A stretch of DNA of 41,130 nucleotides from Candidatus Woesearchaeota archaeon (GCA_013331555.1 DUGB01000001.1:4611-45740); one strand, 5' to 3'; positions 8,405-18,040 are shown, counted from the first letter of the stretch. Notes: generated by a model from the letters alone, not told the origin. Numbers and translations: made by a program.

Positions 8405-8842
8405 ATGAGACCTTTTTCTCGATGGGCGGTATCATATCTAGCAGCTAGTTGGGCGTTCGTTGTTGCAGCATGTGGTGATCTCCCCGTAGTAAGACCTGAA
8501 AATCTTCAAGATTCTATTGAGCAATGTGATTACGAATCAAAAAGAGCTGCGCGAGAAGAGCTTCAACGACAGTTTGGAAGTCATGATAGAGAGATTAATA
8601 GGAATAGATTACAAGCAGAAGATATGCGCCAGAGGCAATTAAACTATGCATTTTGCTTGGAAAATTATTTAGGAGCAGATGCTGGTTCAATTAATTGCCA
8701 ATTTTATGATCTGCGAGCGGTTGATATTTTTGAGGCATTAAAAGGAAGTCAACAGGGTAAACGTTATCATTTTCAATGCGATACTGATGACGAGAATGGA
8801 TTTATAGATGTTCTGGTAACGAAAGAATTTTATTTTGATTGA
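8405..8842 (+). CDS. Putative lipoprotein, paralog 2
   Basis: Lipobox VAAC. Alignable by eye with 7958-8392 (EQCDYES/NQCYTDS, NRLQAEDM/GRLQAATL, FCLENYLGADAGSINC/YCLTGELGYDVGC, HFQCDTDD/LFQCTSRD). SD-like ggggag precedes the ATG. Confidence 0.6.
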   Translation: MRPFSRWAVSYLAASWAFVVAACGDLPVVRPENLQDSIEQCDYESKRAAREELQRQFGSHDREINRNRLQAEDMRQRQLNYAFCLENYLGADAGSINCQFYDLRAVDIFEALKGSQQGKRYHFQCDTDDENGFIDVLVTKEFYFD

Positions 8843-8857
8843 GTATTTGTAATCTTT

Positions 8858-9622
8858 ATGACACTCTACCTTATCGGATTAGGACTGCATGATGAAAAAG
8901 ATATTTCGGTGAAAGGGCTAGAAATTGTCAAACGCTGTGATGTTGTGTATGTAGATACCTATACTTCATTATTACAATGCTCGCGAGAGGATTTAGAAAA
9001 ATTCTATGGACGAAAAGTGATTCCTGCGCCGCGTGAAGTGGCAGAACAACACGAGCAAGAGATTATTACTCAAGCGAAAACAAAAGAAGTGGCATTTCTT
9101 GTTGTCGGCGATCCGTTTGCGGCAACAACACATGTAGAGCTACTAAAGCAAGCACAGGAACAAGGAGTGAATGTAAAAATTATCCACAATGCTTCGATTT
9201 TAACAGCTATTGGAATCACTGGATTGCAGTTATACAAGTTTGGCAGAACAATCTCAATTCCTTTCTTGGAAGATCATCCACATCTGGAGACACCATATAT
9301 TGTATTAAGACAGAATTTATATCTAGATATGCATACTGTCTTTTTATTGGATTTAAAACCTGAGCTGAAGAAGTTTATGACCATTCCGGAAGCGCTGACG
9401 GTTTTAGAAACGATCGAAGAGAGGAAGAAAGAACACGTGATTACACCAAGTATGATGGTTATTGGATGTGCGAGATTAGGCGCCGATGACATGATTATTA
9501 AAGCGGGTTCGTTAGAAAAAATAAAAGAAATTGATTTTGGCAAGCCACCATTTTGTCTTATTGTTCCAGGAAAATTACATTTCGTGGAGCGAGAGATGAT
9601 CGAGAGGTATGCAATTAGATGA
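8858..9622 (+). CDS. dphB: Diphthine synthase
   Basis: MTLYLIGLGLHDEKDISVKGLEIVKRCDVVYVDTYTS...VVGDPFAATTH is the typical tetrapyrrole-methylase-fold Dph5 N-terminus. 254 aa. Confidence 0.9.
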   Translation: MTLYLIGLGLHDEKDISVKGLEIVKRCDVVYVDTYTSLLQCSREDLEKFYGRKVIPAPREVAEQHEQEIITQAKTKEVAFLVVGDPFAATTHVELLKQAQEQGVNVKIIHNASILTAIGITGLQLYKFGRTISIPFLEDHPHLETPYIVLRQNLYLDMHTVFLLDLKPELKKFMTIPEALTVLETIEERKKEHVITPSMMVIGCARLGADDMIIKAGSLEKIKEIDFGKPPFCLIVPGKLHFVEREMIERYAIR

Positions 9623-10296
9623 GTTCATTAGCAATGATGATCTGGTACGAGCAATCGACCGCCGGTTATCTTGCTGCTTTTTTTGGTGACCTTGCTTCTT
9701 TGCATAACCACCATAAAAGAGAGGAAGAGTTTTCTACGCAGGAATTAGTTGAATACTTGGCGCATGCGGCTACGATGATGCGAGCCAGCGATAGTGGAGT
9801 TGTTCGTGAGATCAGAAAACGTGATGGAAGTGATTGTTTAAGAATAACAAATCTCCTTGCCGCCGGAGTTCTTTTACGGACAAAGCTAGCAATAACTGAG
9901 CCGGACCTACTTTTAGATCAAATGTATGAACGATACGGCCTTGGAAGTGAAGAATATTATTCTCTTTCAGTTCAGCGAGAACAAAGGGGAGTTATAGTTA
10001 CACTTTCAAGAAATGGAATTAGCTCAGCGGAACAGCTATTAGAATCCCGGATAGAACCTGACCAAAGAGAGATAAGTATACAAAAATTAGAAACCGATTT
10101 AACCGCTGCAACAGGACCAATGATGGCAATGGGAAGGGACTTATTTTATCCAAAAGATCAACGAGAAAAGTTAATTGCACCAACCAGTGTACGAATTGAA
10201 AGCCGATATGGAGATTCTATTGATGTTGACCGTACTTTATCAGAAAGAGTTGTTCTTCCCGTGTTTCGTTATATACCAAAGGACACAAATATTTAA
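9619..10296 (+). CDS. Hypothetical protein
   Basis: 225-aa ORF. Its ATG overlaps the dphB TGA (ATGA at 9619-9622), suggesting translational coupling. Confidence 0.5.
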   Translation: MSSLAMMIWYEQSTAGYLAAFFGDLASLHNHHKREEEFSTQELVEYLAHAATMMRASDSGVVREIRKRDGSDCLRITNLLAAGVLLRTKLAITEPDLLLDQMYERYGLGSEEYYSLSVQREQRGVIVTLSRNGISSAEQLLESRIEPDQREISIQKLETDLTAATGPMMAMGRDLFYPKDQREKLIAPTSVRIESRYGDSIDVDRTLSERVVLPVFRYIPKDTNI

Positions 10297-10361
10297 TTGT
10301 TTAGTTGTGTCCTTTGTATATATAACGGACAGAACAGTTTGATCATTTATTTCTGTCCGTT
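10278..10361. terminator. Two hairpins between convergent genes
   Basis: aaaggacacaa (10278-10288) pairs with ttgtgtccttt (10305-10315). aacggacagaa (10324-10334) pairs with ttctgtccgtt (10351-10361). Confidence 0.4.
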
Positions 10362-10375
10362 AGTATAATCCGCAA

Positions 10376-10939
10376 TTAGATCGTGCGGGAATAGTCAACG
10401 TCAGCCGTTAAAGCGTGAAGAGTATGATTAAGCATTAAAGAAACGGTGTTAAATAGACCATACGTACTTAATCTTTGACGCTCACGCGGGCTCACGTCAT
10501 GAAATGTGCCTAGAGCAGTAGCATATTGAACATTTCTCACTGCTTCTTGAGCTTCCTCTGCCGTCATTGTCTCAGCGAGATCTTCTTCTACTTGAGGACT
10601 GCCAGTAAGATACTCTTCATCTGAACTGAAGGATGATCTTGCTATTTCTCCGTACATCATTTCTATGTGGTCAACAGGACCGCTGATGGAAGAATAACTT
10701 GAAGAAAGAAATTGATCACGATGGAAAGAATAGCTGATGGACAGTGATGATTTCAAACCTAGCAATTCAAGATCAGGTTGTTCTTGCTCCATCGAATCTG
10801 ATGGATGATGAGGATTGTCTTTTCCTGATAAATCCAAATTTTGATCAGCGTTAATAATTCCCATTATTGCTGCAGTAATGGAAGAATGAGCGTAATGTGT
10901 AATTTCTTGAGTAACTGTTTGTTCAAGAAGAGAGGTCAT
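10376..10939 (-). CDS. Hypothetical acidic protein
   Basis: 187-aa ORF, Ser/Glu/Asp-rich, no motif recognised. Confidence 0.45.
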   Translation of the reverse strand: MTSLLEQTVTQEITHYAHSSITAAIMGIINADQNLDLSGKDNPHHPSDSMEQEQPDLELLGLKSSLSISYSFHRDQFLSSSYSSISGPVDHIEMMYGEIARSSFSSDEEYLTGSPQVEEDLAETMTAEEAQEAVRNVQYATALGTFHDVSPRERQRLSTYGLFNTVSLMLNHTLHALTADVDYSRTI

Positions 10940-10981
10940 AGTAAGATAATCAGTATAATCATTTATAAACTTTCTGAACTC

Positions 10982-12136
10982 TTATTTTTGTTCCGGCTTT
11001 GTGAAAGGGTAATGATACCCTTCTTCACCAGCGGCAAGAGTAAGAAATTTGACCTCGTCTTTCATGACATCATTAAAATGAAAAGTCGAGCGGGTGATGG
11101 GATGAGCACGGAGTTCCCATTTGACTTGGTCACTTTCTGCAAGAATATGAACATATTGTTTCGTTTTTGGTGTTAAGACTTTGGTGTCTTTATCTAGGAA
11201 ATATTCATCACGCCAGGTATCGGAGTGAATAATAACCCAGCCTTCTTTTTCTTCCACATATTTGGTGTGAACATGACCAAAAACATACACTTTATTTCTG
11301 TGCAAAGAGCGCCAGCGTTTCCGCTTGAATGTTTTGACGACGTCGTCAACGTCCCAATGGACATTCCGAAAGCGCCGATAGATTTCACGCAGTAATTCTT
11401 TGGGAAAAGTCCACGTCGGATCAAAATGGTAATGCAAAGGATAGAGGATAATATTTTTGAGAAGAAAGAAAAAAGAGAGAATGTTCAGTTTTTTGACAAT
11501 CGCACGATGATGAGAGAAAAGAACAGGAAGCGGTTTAATGCGCTCCATAAAAGGGTGTTCTTCTTTTAGTTTAAGAAAACCACTGATAATACCAAATGAA
11601 ACCCAAGGAATATTGAGAATGCGCTGTTTTTTATATTTGAGAAAAGGGTGATCTGGCTTAATTCGATTGAGAAAATCATGCTGATGACCATGTTCGACAT
11701 GGATGTTATTTTTTTCATATTCCATGATAAAATGAATATTTTTGTGGGAACGGAGGAGTGACTTTATTTTTTGACGAACTTCTGGATAGAAAAGATCGTG
11801 GTCGTGGTTACCGATAACGAAGTAAAGATGGTGCTGAGTTGAGGTTACAAATTCACGCCAAGCTTGAAAAACAGGTTTGTGGGCATCGTAGATCATCTTC
11901 AATTTAGCAACAGAAACTCCAGAGGTGATATGACGAGGATAGGTAAGTTTGCCATTGTCAAAATAAGGACATTTCAAAAAGTCGAATGTATCACCATTGC
12001 AAATGAAGTCAACGGGAGATTTCTTTGCGGCGTAGGTAAGAAGAAGTTGAGAAAGAGATTTGTCGGCAATGAAATCATCAGTAAGAGTTCCGCCGCCGAG
12101 TTCGGTATCGCCGACAACGATAATTTCAGTTGGCAT
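10982..12136 (-). CDS. Calcineurin-like metallophosphoesterase
   Basis: Ordered metal-binding motifs VVGDTELGGG, NGDTFDF, GNHDHD, GHQHD and GHVH. Confidence 0.8.
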   Translation of the reverse strand: MPTEIIVVGDTELGGGTLTDDFIADKSLSQLLLTYAAKKSPVDFICNGDTFDFLKCPYFDNGKLTYPRHITSGVSVAKLKMIYDAHKPVFQAWREFVTSTQHHLYFVIGNHDHDLFYPEVRQKIKSLLRSHKNIHFIMEYEKNNIHVEHGHQHDFLNRIKPDHPFLKYKKQRILNIPWVSFGIISGFLKLKEEHPFMERIKPLPVLFSHHRAIVKKLNILSFFFLLKNIILYPLHYHFDPTWTFPKELLREIYRRFRNVHWDVDDVVKTFKRKRWRSLHRNKVYVFGHVHTKYVEEKEGWVIIHSDTWRDEYFLDKDTKVLTPKTKQYVHILAESDQVKWELRAHPITRSTFHFNDVMKDEVKFLTLAAGEEGYHYPFTKPEQK

Positions 12137-12192
12137 TGGGCGTTGAGTGAAGAAGGAAGTATATAAATTTAATACTAACCACCAGCGGAAAG

Positions 12193-12220
12193 TTTATAAG
12201 TACACGTATGTACACGTACG
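12193..12220 (+). promoter_or_regulatory. vapBC promoter (TATA tttataa 12193-12199) followed by a tandem GTACACGTA direct repeat (12200-12208 and 12210-12218)
   Basis: The TATA box lies 25 nt before the ATG at 12224. The two 9-mers are spaced one helical turn apart over the expected transcription start. Confidence 0.4.
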
Positions 12221-12223
12221 TTT

Positions 12224-12457
12224 ATGACAACAAAAACACTCACCATTACCGAAGATGCCTATGAACGGCTGTCAAAATACAAAAGTGCCCACGATAGCTT
12301 CAGTGATGTGATTATAAAGCATTTCCCTAAACATTCTCTTCTCGAATTGGTTGGGAGACTTACAACTAAAGAAGCAGAAGGACTGCGAAAACACGTAAAA
12401 GAGAGAAGGAGAGAATCACAAGAAAGAATGAGTGAGACAGCAAGGAGATTGCAATGA
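12224..12457 (+). CDS. vapB: VapB-type antitoxin (archaeal DUF217/UPF0330-like)
   Basis: 77 aa, KTLTITEDAYERLSKYK...SFSDVI N-terminus. A 4-nt ATGA overlap joins it to the downstream PIN gene. Confidence 0.7.
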   Translation: MTTKTLTITEDAYERLSKYKSAHDSFSDVIIKHFPKHSLLELVGRLTTKEAEGLRKHVKERRRESQERMSETARRLQ

Positions 12458-12846
12458 TCCTTGATACAAGCTTTGTTATAGACCTTATGAATAATCATCC
12501 CGAAGCAGTTTTGAAGGCACGTGAGCTCCAACAAAAAGGAGAACATACGTATATCTGTACACCAACGTTATTTGAACTATGGAGTGGCCTAGCACAAAGT
12601 AACAAACCAGTAAAAGAAAAGCAGAAAATAATGGAGATCATTTCTTCTCAGTTGGTACTCAATTTTGACAAAGAGAGTGCAGAAGAAGCTGGAAAAATAG
12701 ACGGCCTATTGAAATGTGAAGGGCAAATGATCGATCCCGAGGATAGCATGATTGCGGGGATTGCAAAACGCCATGGAGAGTGTGTCTTAACGAAGAATGT
12801 AAAACATTTTAGTCGGATAAAAACTATTTCTTGTGCAACATATTGA
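12454..12846 (+). CDS. vapC: VapC PIN-domain ribonuclease toxin
   Basis: 130 aa. MILDTSFVIDLM carries the first acidic residue, with further acidic residues in ...ELW... and ...IDPEDSMIAG.... Confidence 0.85.
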   Translation: MILDTSFVIDLMNNHPEAVLKARELQQKGEHTYICTPTLFELWSGLAQSNKPVKEKQKIMEIISSQLVLNFDKESAEEAGKIDGLLKCEGQMIDPEDSMIAGIAKRHGECVLTKNVKHFSRIKTISCATY

Positions 12847-12860
12847 TTAGTCAAGAAAAA

Positions 12861-14315
12861 TCAATAACTTCGTCCGAAGTAGAACCATACAGCGGCTTTT
12901 TTGGAACAGGTGAAACACGGCTGGTCTTTTTTAAGTTTGGGCTGATCGAATGGCGAGTTGAGTGATTTGGCACCGGTTTTTTCTTTGAACGCTTCTTCAC
13001 ATTGCGGAGTGCCGCACCATGGAGCAAAAAGTAGTTTCTTATTTTCGAGATGTTTCACTGCATCTTTTGTATTGTCAATGTGAACAATACTGTTATGAAG
13101 ATGTTTCTCAGCTTTGGTAAAGAGATTATCTTGAATTTGCTGCAAGAGAGCAGGAATTTCTGTTTCGAGGGAAGTAAACGGAAGAGATTTCTTATCTCCG
13201 GTGTCACGACGAACAGCGACAACTTGTTTCTTGTCTAAATCCTTGGGACCAACTTCGATACGAATTGGGATGCCTTTCATTTCCCATTCGTTAAATTTCC
13301 AGCCAGGAGTGTAGCCCTCGCGATTATCAAGATAGACCGTAATTCCTTTCTTTTCTAATTTCGTTTTGAGATTGTTTGCTTCTGCAAGAACTTTTGCTTT
13401 GGTATCATCAAAGAGAATAGGAACGATCACGACTTGAGTTGAAGCGATCGCAGGTGGAAGAACAAGACCTTTGTCATCAGAATGCATCATGACTAATACA
13501 CCAAGCATGCGAGTAGAGATCGCAAACGTATTCTGCCAAGCATATTCTTTCTTGCCATTTTTATCTAAAAAAGTAATGTCAAATGCTTTCGCAAAGATTT
13601 GTCCATCGTGATGAAAGTCTGGCCCTTGAATTGCTTTTCCATTAGGGATGACAAACTCCATGGAAACAGTGTATTCTGCTCCAGCAAACGTTTCATTTTT
13701 TGATTTCTTTCCAATCAATGAAGGAAGAGCAAGATATTTCTCACATACTTCTTTGTAAATCCCGATAATTTCTTCTTGTTCCGCCTCTGCTTCTTCTTTG
13801 GAAGCAAAACAGGTGTGTCCTTCATTCCACAAAAACTCCCGGCCGCGCAAAAAAGGAACAGGATGCTTGAATTCCCACCGAACTACCGAGTTCCATTGAT
13901 TCAGGCGTAAAGGAAGGTCATTGTGGGAACGAATCCATTTTGAGTAAGAATCATACATAATAGTTTCAGACGTTGGACGGATCGCTAAACGTTCACTGAG
14001 CTTAGTCTCACCAGCATGAGTTACCCAGGCAACTTCAGGAGTAAAACCAGCAACATGAGTTGATTCTTTTTTAAGCAACGATTCTGGAATAAAGAGAGGG
14101 AAATAGGCATTTTTAATTCCAACTTCCTTAAAACGCTTGTCAACTACCTGCTGAATCTTTTCCCAAAGGGAATAGGAATTTGGCTTATAGATGATACAAC
14201 CAGAAACAATAGAATAATCAGCTAAATCGGCTTTTTGAATTATTTGGGTATACCATTCAGAAAAGTCGCCATCTTTTGTTACAGTTAATCCTTTGGTATC
14301 TTTCTTGGCATTCAT
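12861..14315 (-). CDS. proS: Prolyl-tRNA synthetase, archaeal/eukaryotic type
   Basis: 484 aa, FSEWYTQIIQKADLADY...RPTSETIMY...LNQWNSVVRWE...FLWNEGHT and C-terminal Zn-type domain ending ...WFYFGRSY. A TATA box lies about 23 nt upstream. Confidence 0.95.
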   Translation of the reverse strand: MNAKKDTKGLTVTKDGDFSEWYTQIIQKADLADYSIVSGCIIYKPNSYSLWEKIQQVVDKRFKEVGIKNAYFPLFIPESLLKKESTHVAGFTPEVAWVTHAGETKLSERLAIRPTSETIMYDSYSKWIRSHNDLPLRLNQWNSVVRWEFKHPVPFLRGREFLWNEGHTCFASKEEAEAEQEEIIGIYKEVCEKYLALPSLIGKKSKNETFAGAEYTVSMEFVIPNGKAIQGPDFHHDGQIFAKAFDITFLDKNGKKEYAWQNTFAISTRMLGVLVMMHSDDKGLVLPPAIASTQVVIVPILFDDTKAKVLAEANNLKTKLEKKGITVYLDNREGYTPGWKFNEWEMKGIPIRIEVGPKDLDKKQVVAVRRDTGDKKSLPFTSLETEIPALLQQIQDNLFTKAEKHLHNSIVHIDNTKDAVKHLENKKLLFAPWCGTPQCEEAFKEKTGAKSLNSPFDQPKLKKDQPCFTCSKKAAVWFYFGRSY

Positions 14316-14449
14316 ATTTCTGTAGGATTGAGAAGAATTATATAAAGATTTAGTTGGGATTGGCAGAACCAGAAGTAGTAAGTGAGTACACTCTTAAATA
14401 GATTTTTTCTTCGGAAAGATATTTAATAAGATAATATAAACCCAAAACT

Positions 14450-14776
14450 ATGTTCTGTGCAAGCTGCGGTACTTTGTTGCGACTTCAGAAAACGCCCTAT
14501 GGGAAATGGATGAGTTGTCCCAACGGCCATACGCAACCTACGCTTCAGCAAGAACAACCATCATTTACAGAGAAAAATCAACACCAAGCAAAAACAGTTC
14601 AAGTTGCCGATGGAGAGAATATTCTTGCTGTTCATGATCATGTCTGTAAGCGCTGTGGATATGGAAAAGCAGAATTAATCGAAATCAGTGCAGCATATTC
14701 TGATGAAGATAATAACTATCGAATGAAATGCGGGAAATGCGGATTTACGGAACGATTAGAAGGAAAGATTAAGTAA
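14450..14776 (+). CDS. tfs: Transcription factor S / RNAP subunit M family zinc-ribbon protein
   Basis: N-terminal ribbon CASCG...CPNGH. The C-terminal ribbon CKRCG...YSDEDNN...CGKCG has an acidic loop. Confidence 0.7.
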   Translation: MFCASCGTLLRLQKTPYGKWMSCPNGHTQPTLQQEQPSFTEKNQHQAKTVQVADGENILAVHDHVCKRCGYGKAELIEISAAYSDEDNNYRMKCGKCGFTERLEGKIK

Positions 14777-14791
14777 ACAGAAAAAGTCATT

Positions 14792-14867
14792 AAAAAAAAT
14801 AAAAAAAATCTTGCCCGCAGAGGTCCTTACAGGGGGTGGTTGTAAGAGAAAACGACGGGGCAAGATT
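14792..14867 (-). terminator. ftsZ terminator: long hairpin followed by U8AU8
   Basis: 10-bp stem 14807-16/14858-67 plus inner stem cttaca/tgtaag. On the minus strand the hairpin is followed directly by T8AT8 (14808-14792). Confidence 0.6.
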
Positions 14868-14885
14868 TGGAGTATGAAATTGGTC

Positions 14886-15956
14886 TTAGACCAACTCAAT
14901 GCCCAATTCCCGGCTAAGGGATTGTGCTCGTCGTTCGGAACTCTTCTTGTCCACTTTGCCTAAAATCCATGGTGAATTGACACCAGTGATGATAGTCATG
15001 ACCGTCATTTTTCCTTTCATGTCATCAGCAACACGTGCTCCCCAAATAACGTTTGCATCGTCATCAAGAGATTCGGTAACCAATTCTCCAATTCGGGAAA
15101 CTTCATCAAGAGTCATGTCCGGTCCACCTGTTACGTGGATCAATGCGCCAGTAGCTCCTTCGTAGTTGATATCAAGCAAGGGATTAGATAAGGCTCCTTT
15201 AACTGCTTCTTCAACACGATTATTAGTATCGGAACTGCCTACACCAATCGCAGCGACACCACCATTGGACATAATTGCTTTTACGTCAGCGTAATCCAAG
15301 TTAACTAAGGATGGTACGGCAATCGTTTCAACAATTCCTTTAATCATTGTGGCGATCAATTCGTTGGCAACAGCAAAAGCTTGCTGAATAGGCAAGTTAC
15401 CTGCTATCTGAACAAGGCGATTGTTGTCAATAACAATAACTGTGTCAGACACTTGGCGAAGTTGCTGCAGACCAAATTCAGCTTTGTCGCAGCGGGCGCG
15501 TTCAATGCTGAACGGCATCGTCACTGTTCCAATAACAATTGCACCAGTATCTTTTGCGACTTGAGCAACAACAGGAGCAGCACCAGTACCAGTACCTCCT
15601 CCCATTCCTGCGCAGACAAAGACCATATCAGATCCTTTTAATGTTTCTTTAATGCGGGTTAATGATTCCTGAGCAGCTTCTGCTCCCTTATTGGGAAATC
15701 CGCCACATCCTAAACCACGTGTGCAGTCTTTTCCAATCAAGAATTTCTGATCGGCAGGAGTAATCGTTAAGTGCTGATGATCAGTATTGGTCGCGATAAT
15801 TTCTGCGCCTTTGATTCCTTTTTTGTAGAGCCAACCAACCATATTGTTTCCGGCTCCGCCAACACCAATTACTTTGATGTTCGCTTGATTCATATTCTCA
15901 AAATCATACTCGTCAGACGAGTTATTGTTCATTGCTTTTTCTATAATAAACTCCAT
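14886..15956 (-). CDS. ftsZ: Cell division GTPase FtsZ
   Basis: [10 protein letters not shown] and tubulin signature [17 protein letters not shown] gaggtg lies 8 nt upstream of the ATG. Confidence 0.95.
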   Translation of the reverse strand: MEFIIEKAMNNNSSDEYDFENMNQANIKVIGVGGAGNNMVGWLYKKGIKGAEIIATNTDHQHLTITPADQKFLIGKDCTRGLGCGGFPNKGAEAAQESLTRIKETLKGSDMVFVCAGMGGGTGTGAAPVVAQVAKDTGAIVIGTVTMPFSIERARCDKAEFGLQQLRQVSDTVIVIDNNRLVQIAGNLPIQQAFAVANELIATMIKGIVETIAVPSLVNLDYADVKAIMSNGGVAAIGVGSSDTNNRVEEAVKGALSNPLLDINYEGATGALIHVTGGPDMTLDEVSRIGELVTESLDDDANVIWGARVADDMKGKMTVMTIITGVNSPWILGKVDKKSSERRAQSLSRELGIELV

Positions 15957-16060
15957 TGTATACCCACCTCATTTTTATGTCCTTTTCTGACACGCATCCC
16001 CCAATATATAGTTTGCACTACGCAAATGATTATATACGTGCAGGATATTTTACTCTTTAG

Positions 16061-16130
16061 AATCAACCAAAACTAGTCTTACCAACTAGAATAACCAACT
16101 ATCGGAACTTACCAACCGATTAAAACCAAA
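16061..16130. repeat. Five degenerate AACCAA/ACCAAC direct repeats upstream of the ftsZ promoter
   Basis: Copies at 16065-70, 16081-86, 16094-99, 16111-16 and 16124-30 (GTTGGT on the ftsZ strand), spaced 13-17 nt apart. Confidence 0.35.
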
Positions 16131-16281
16131 TTTTTGACTGCAAAAGTTTACCAGACTTTTGTATCAACTCTTTTATTTTCTGGAGTTACTTAAAGTATTT
16201 AAGCATTTCTGTGCTGGAGAATATAAATGATTAATTTTACAATAAGAATGATGTTAAAATAACAAGATCATTTAAAAATGT

Positions 16282-16941
16282 TTACTTTTGAGAAATTTTT
16301 TCTAACACTTTGGTGGCAGTATTTTGAGCAACTTGTTTAGCATACTCAGCTTTGCGGGCAAGAATAGCAGCAATGTCATTCATATACTTAGCCGGATCGC
16401 GCATTTTACGACGCCATTTATGGAAGTAAACGACTGTTTCCAGAGGATATTTTGGCGGTTTGACCGGAACTTCTTGAGGATAACCAATGGCAATAATGGC
16501 CTGAGGACGAATTTCAGGAGGAATACTCAGTGTCGATCGTACGCTGTCTTCATCAAAAGCACCAATCCAGCATGATCCAAGATCAAGCGAATGAGCTTCG
16601 AGAAGCATATTTTGAATTGCAGCAGCACAATTTTGAACAGTATACAGACGTTCTCCTCGCAGACCATAGTAACGCTCCGCTTTTTCAGGCTCAGCACAAA
16701 CGACGATGAGAACTGCCGCCAGGGCAATTTCATATTGTTCATAACAGGATTCGGCTAATTTTTGTTTCACGCCGGAATCTAAAGCAACGATAAATTTCCA
16801 ATTTTGAAGATTGCCACAACTAGGAGCATGACGAGCAGCATCAATAACGCGGGAGATTTTTTCCCAAGAGACAAATTTAGGAAGAAAACGTTTGATCGTT
16901 CGACGGGATTTGATTAATTCCAAAATGTCGTTCATAGACAA
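16282..16941 (-). CDS. Nitroreductase-family flavoprotein
   Basis: RRTIKRFLPKFVSWEKISRVIDAARHAPSCGNLQNWKFIV is the typical nitroreductase N-terminus. Confidence 0.85.
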   Translation of the reverse strand: MSMNDILELIKSRRTIKRFLPKFVSWEKISRVIDAARHAPSCGNLQNWKFIVALDSGVKQKLAESCYEQYEIALAAVLIVVCAEPEKAERYYGLRGERLYTVQNCAAAIQNMLLEAHSLDLGSCWIGAFDEDSVRSTLSIPPEIRPQAIIAIGYPQEVPVKPPKYPLETVVYFHKWRRKMRDPAKYMNDIAAILARKAEYAKQVAQNTATKVLEKISQK

Positions 16942-17000
16942 AGACTAATTGCAAAGAATATATATAATTAACGCATCGATGATGGAAAGGAAACTTCTTT

Positions 17001-17831
17001 TCAGCTACCTTTTAAATTCTGTTTCTTAGTTACTGTCGTCATTAATTTACCGTTCTCGTCATATAATTCCAGAACGATGTCAACGCTAGTCAAATCGCCA
17101 GCACTGACTTCACTATAGGAAAATCCACCCTGAACAGTAACTTGCTTTGTGCTTTTCGCACCTGCTTTAATTATTTTAGACTGGTTGTGAACATTAATTT
17201 TTTTATCGAAATCGTCGTAGCCTTCAACATTCATGATAATGTATGACGGCTTAATTGTCCCGACTTCGTTATTTTTAATAGTGTACGTGATAGTCATAAT
17301 TTTTCCCCACGTGTCATACCATTTTGTGTATACTGATTCGAGACTTAGAGCCACTTTGGAGTATGAAGTAATGACGGCCTCTTCAACTTCGGGTTCTGCA
17401 GTTGTTGTCGTCGCGGGATTGGGTGTTGTTGTATTTGATGGAGCGGATGCCGCAGGGACAACTGTACCATTTGAAGGAACAACAGGAACGGCAACGACGG
17501 CAGAGGAATTATCATCAGAGGAAAAGAGACTGCCGATAAGATTAATCACGGCGCCAATGCTAAATCGGCCTGGCTCTTCACTTTCAGCGACGATAGGAGC
17601 GGGAGCAACGGCGACTTCGGGAGTAGTGATCTCGTTATTATCGACAGTACAATCCATGCTCATTCGCCCTAGAAAGAAAAAAGCAACGAATAGTAAACCA
17701 ATAATTCCCCACTTCAGCACTTTGCGCGGCTGAATGCGAATAGTAACCTCTTGATCGAGAAGATGGTCTCTGCGAAGAGAGCGCTCTTTACCAAAATCAC
17801 GTCCTAATTTGTCTTGAACGAGCGGAGTCAT
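17001..17831 (-). CDS. Single-pass membrane protein with Thr/Pro/Ala-rich linker and C-terminal beta-sandwich-like domain
   Basis: The start was set at the ATG at 17831 (MTPLVQDKLG...), which overlaps the stop of the upstream small ORF (ATGA). The TM segment is WGIIGLLFVAFFFLG. Confidence 0.6.
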   Translation of the reverse strand: MTPLVQDKLGRDFGKERSLRRDHLLDQEVTIRIQPRKVLKWGIIGLLFVAFFFLGRMSMDCTVDNNEITTPEVAVAPAPIVAESEEPGRFSIGAVINLIGSLFSSDDNSSAVVAVPVVPSNGTVVPAASAPSNTTTPNPATTTTAEPEVEEAVITSYSKVALSLESVYTKWYDTWGKIMTITYTIKNNEVGTIKPSYIIMNVEGYDDFDKKINVHNQSKIIKAGAKSTKQVTVQGGFSYSEVSAGDLTSVDIVLELYDENGKLMTTVTKKQNLKGS

Positions 17832-18040
17832 GATACAATAAAAAGGATGATGGAAACGATAATGAGAATCGGACTGGCAGCAAGAGTGCAACAGGCGACT
17901 TGTTCTTGGACAGTATCACTACGGAAATTTTTGTATTTTCCAATTATGAACTGCACAAACAAAGAAACCTGGTCTTGAAAAAGAGCAAACTGTTGTTTGA
18001 ATGTCTGGATAAGATTACGTAAAGCCATGTTCTCAATCAC
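17828..18040 (-). CDS. Small protein with C-terminal TM helix, translationally coupled to 17001-17831
   Basis: 70-aa ORF. Hydrophobic tail AASPILIIVSIILFIV. ATGA overlap with the downstream gene. Confidence 0.4.
   Translation of the reverse strand: MIENMALRNLIQTFKQQFALFQDQVSLFVQFIIGKYKNFRSDTVQEQVACCTLAASPILIIVSIILFIVS

Noticed and set aside
982-12546. Other overlapping short ORFs in the track (for example 982-1215, 1930-2258, 4191-4678, 4762-5029, 6215-7077, 10841-11176, 11864-12166, 12259-12546)
   Set aside because: Each lies within or antisense to a gene with strong motif support, and none has a recognisable motif.
14807-14867. Independent sRNA (H/ACA-like rod with internal loop) between tfs and ftsZ
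   Set aside because: No ACA/ANA box follows the stem. On the ftsZ strand the hairpin is followed directly by U8AU8, so a terminator is the simpler reading.
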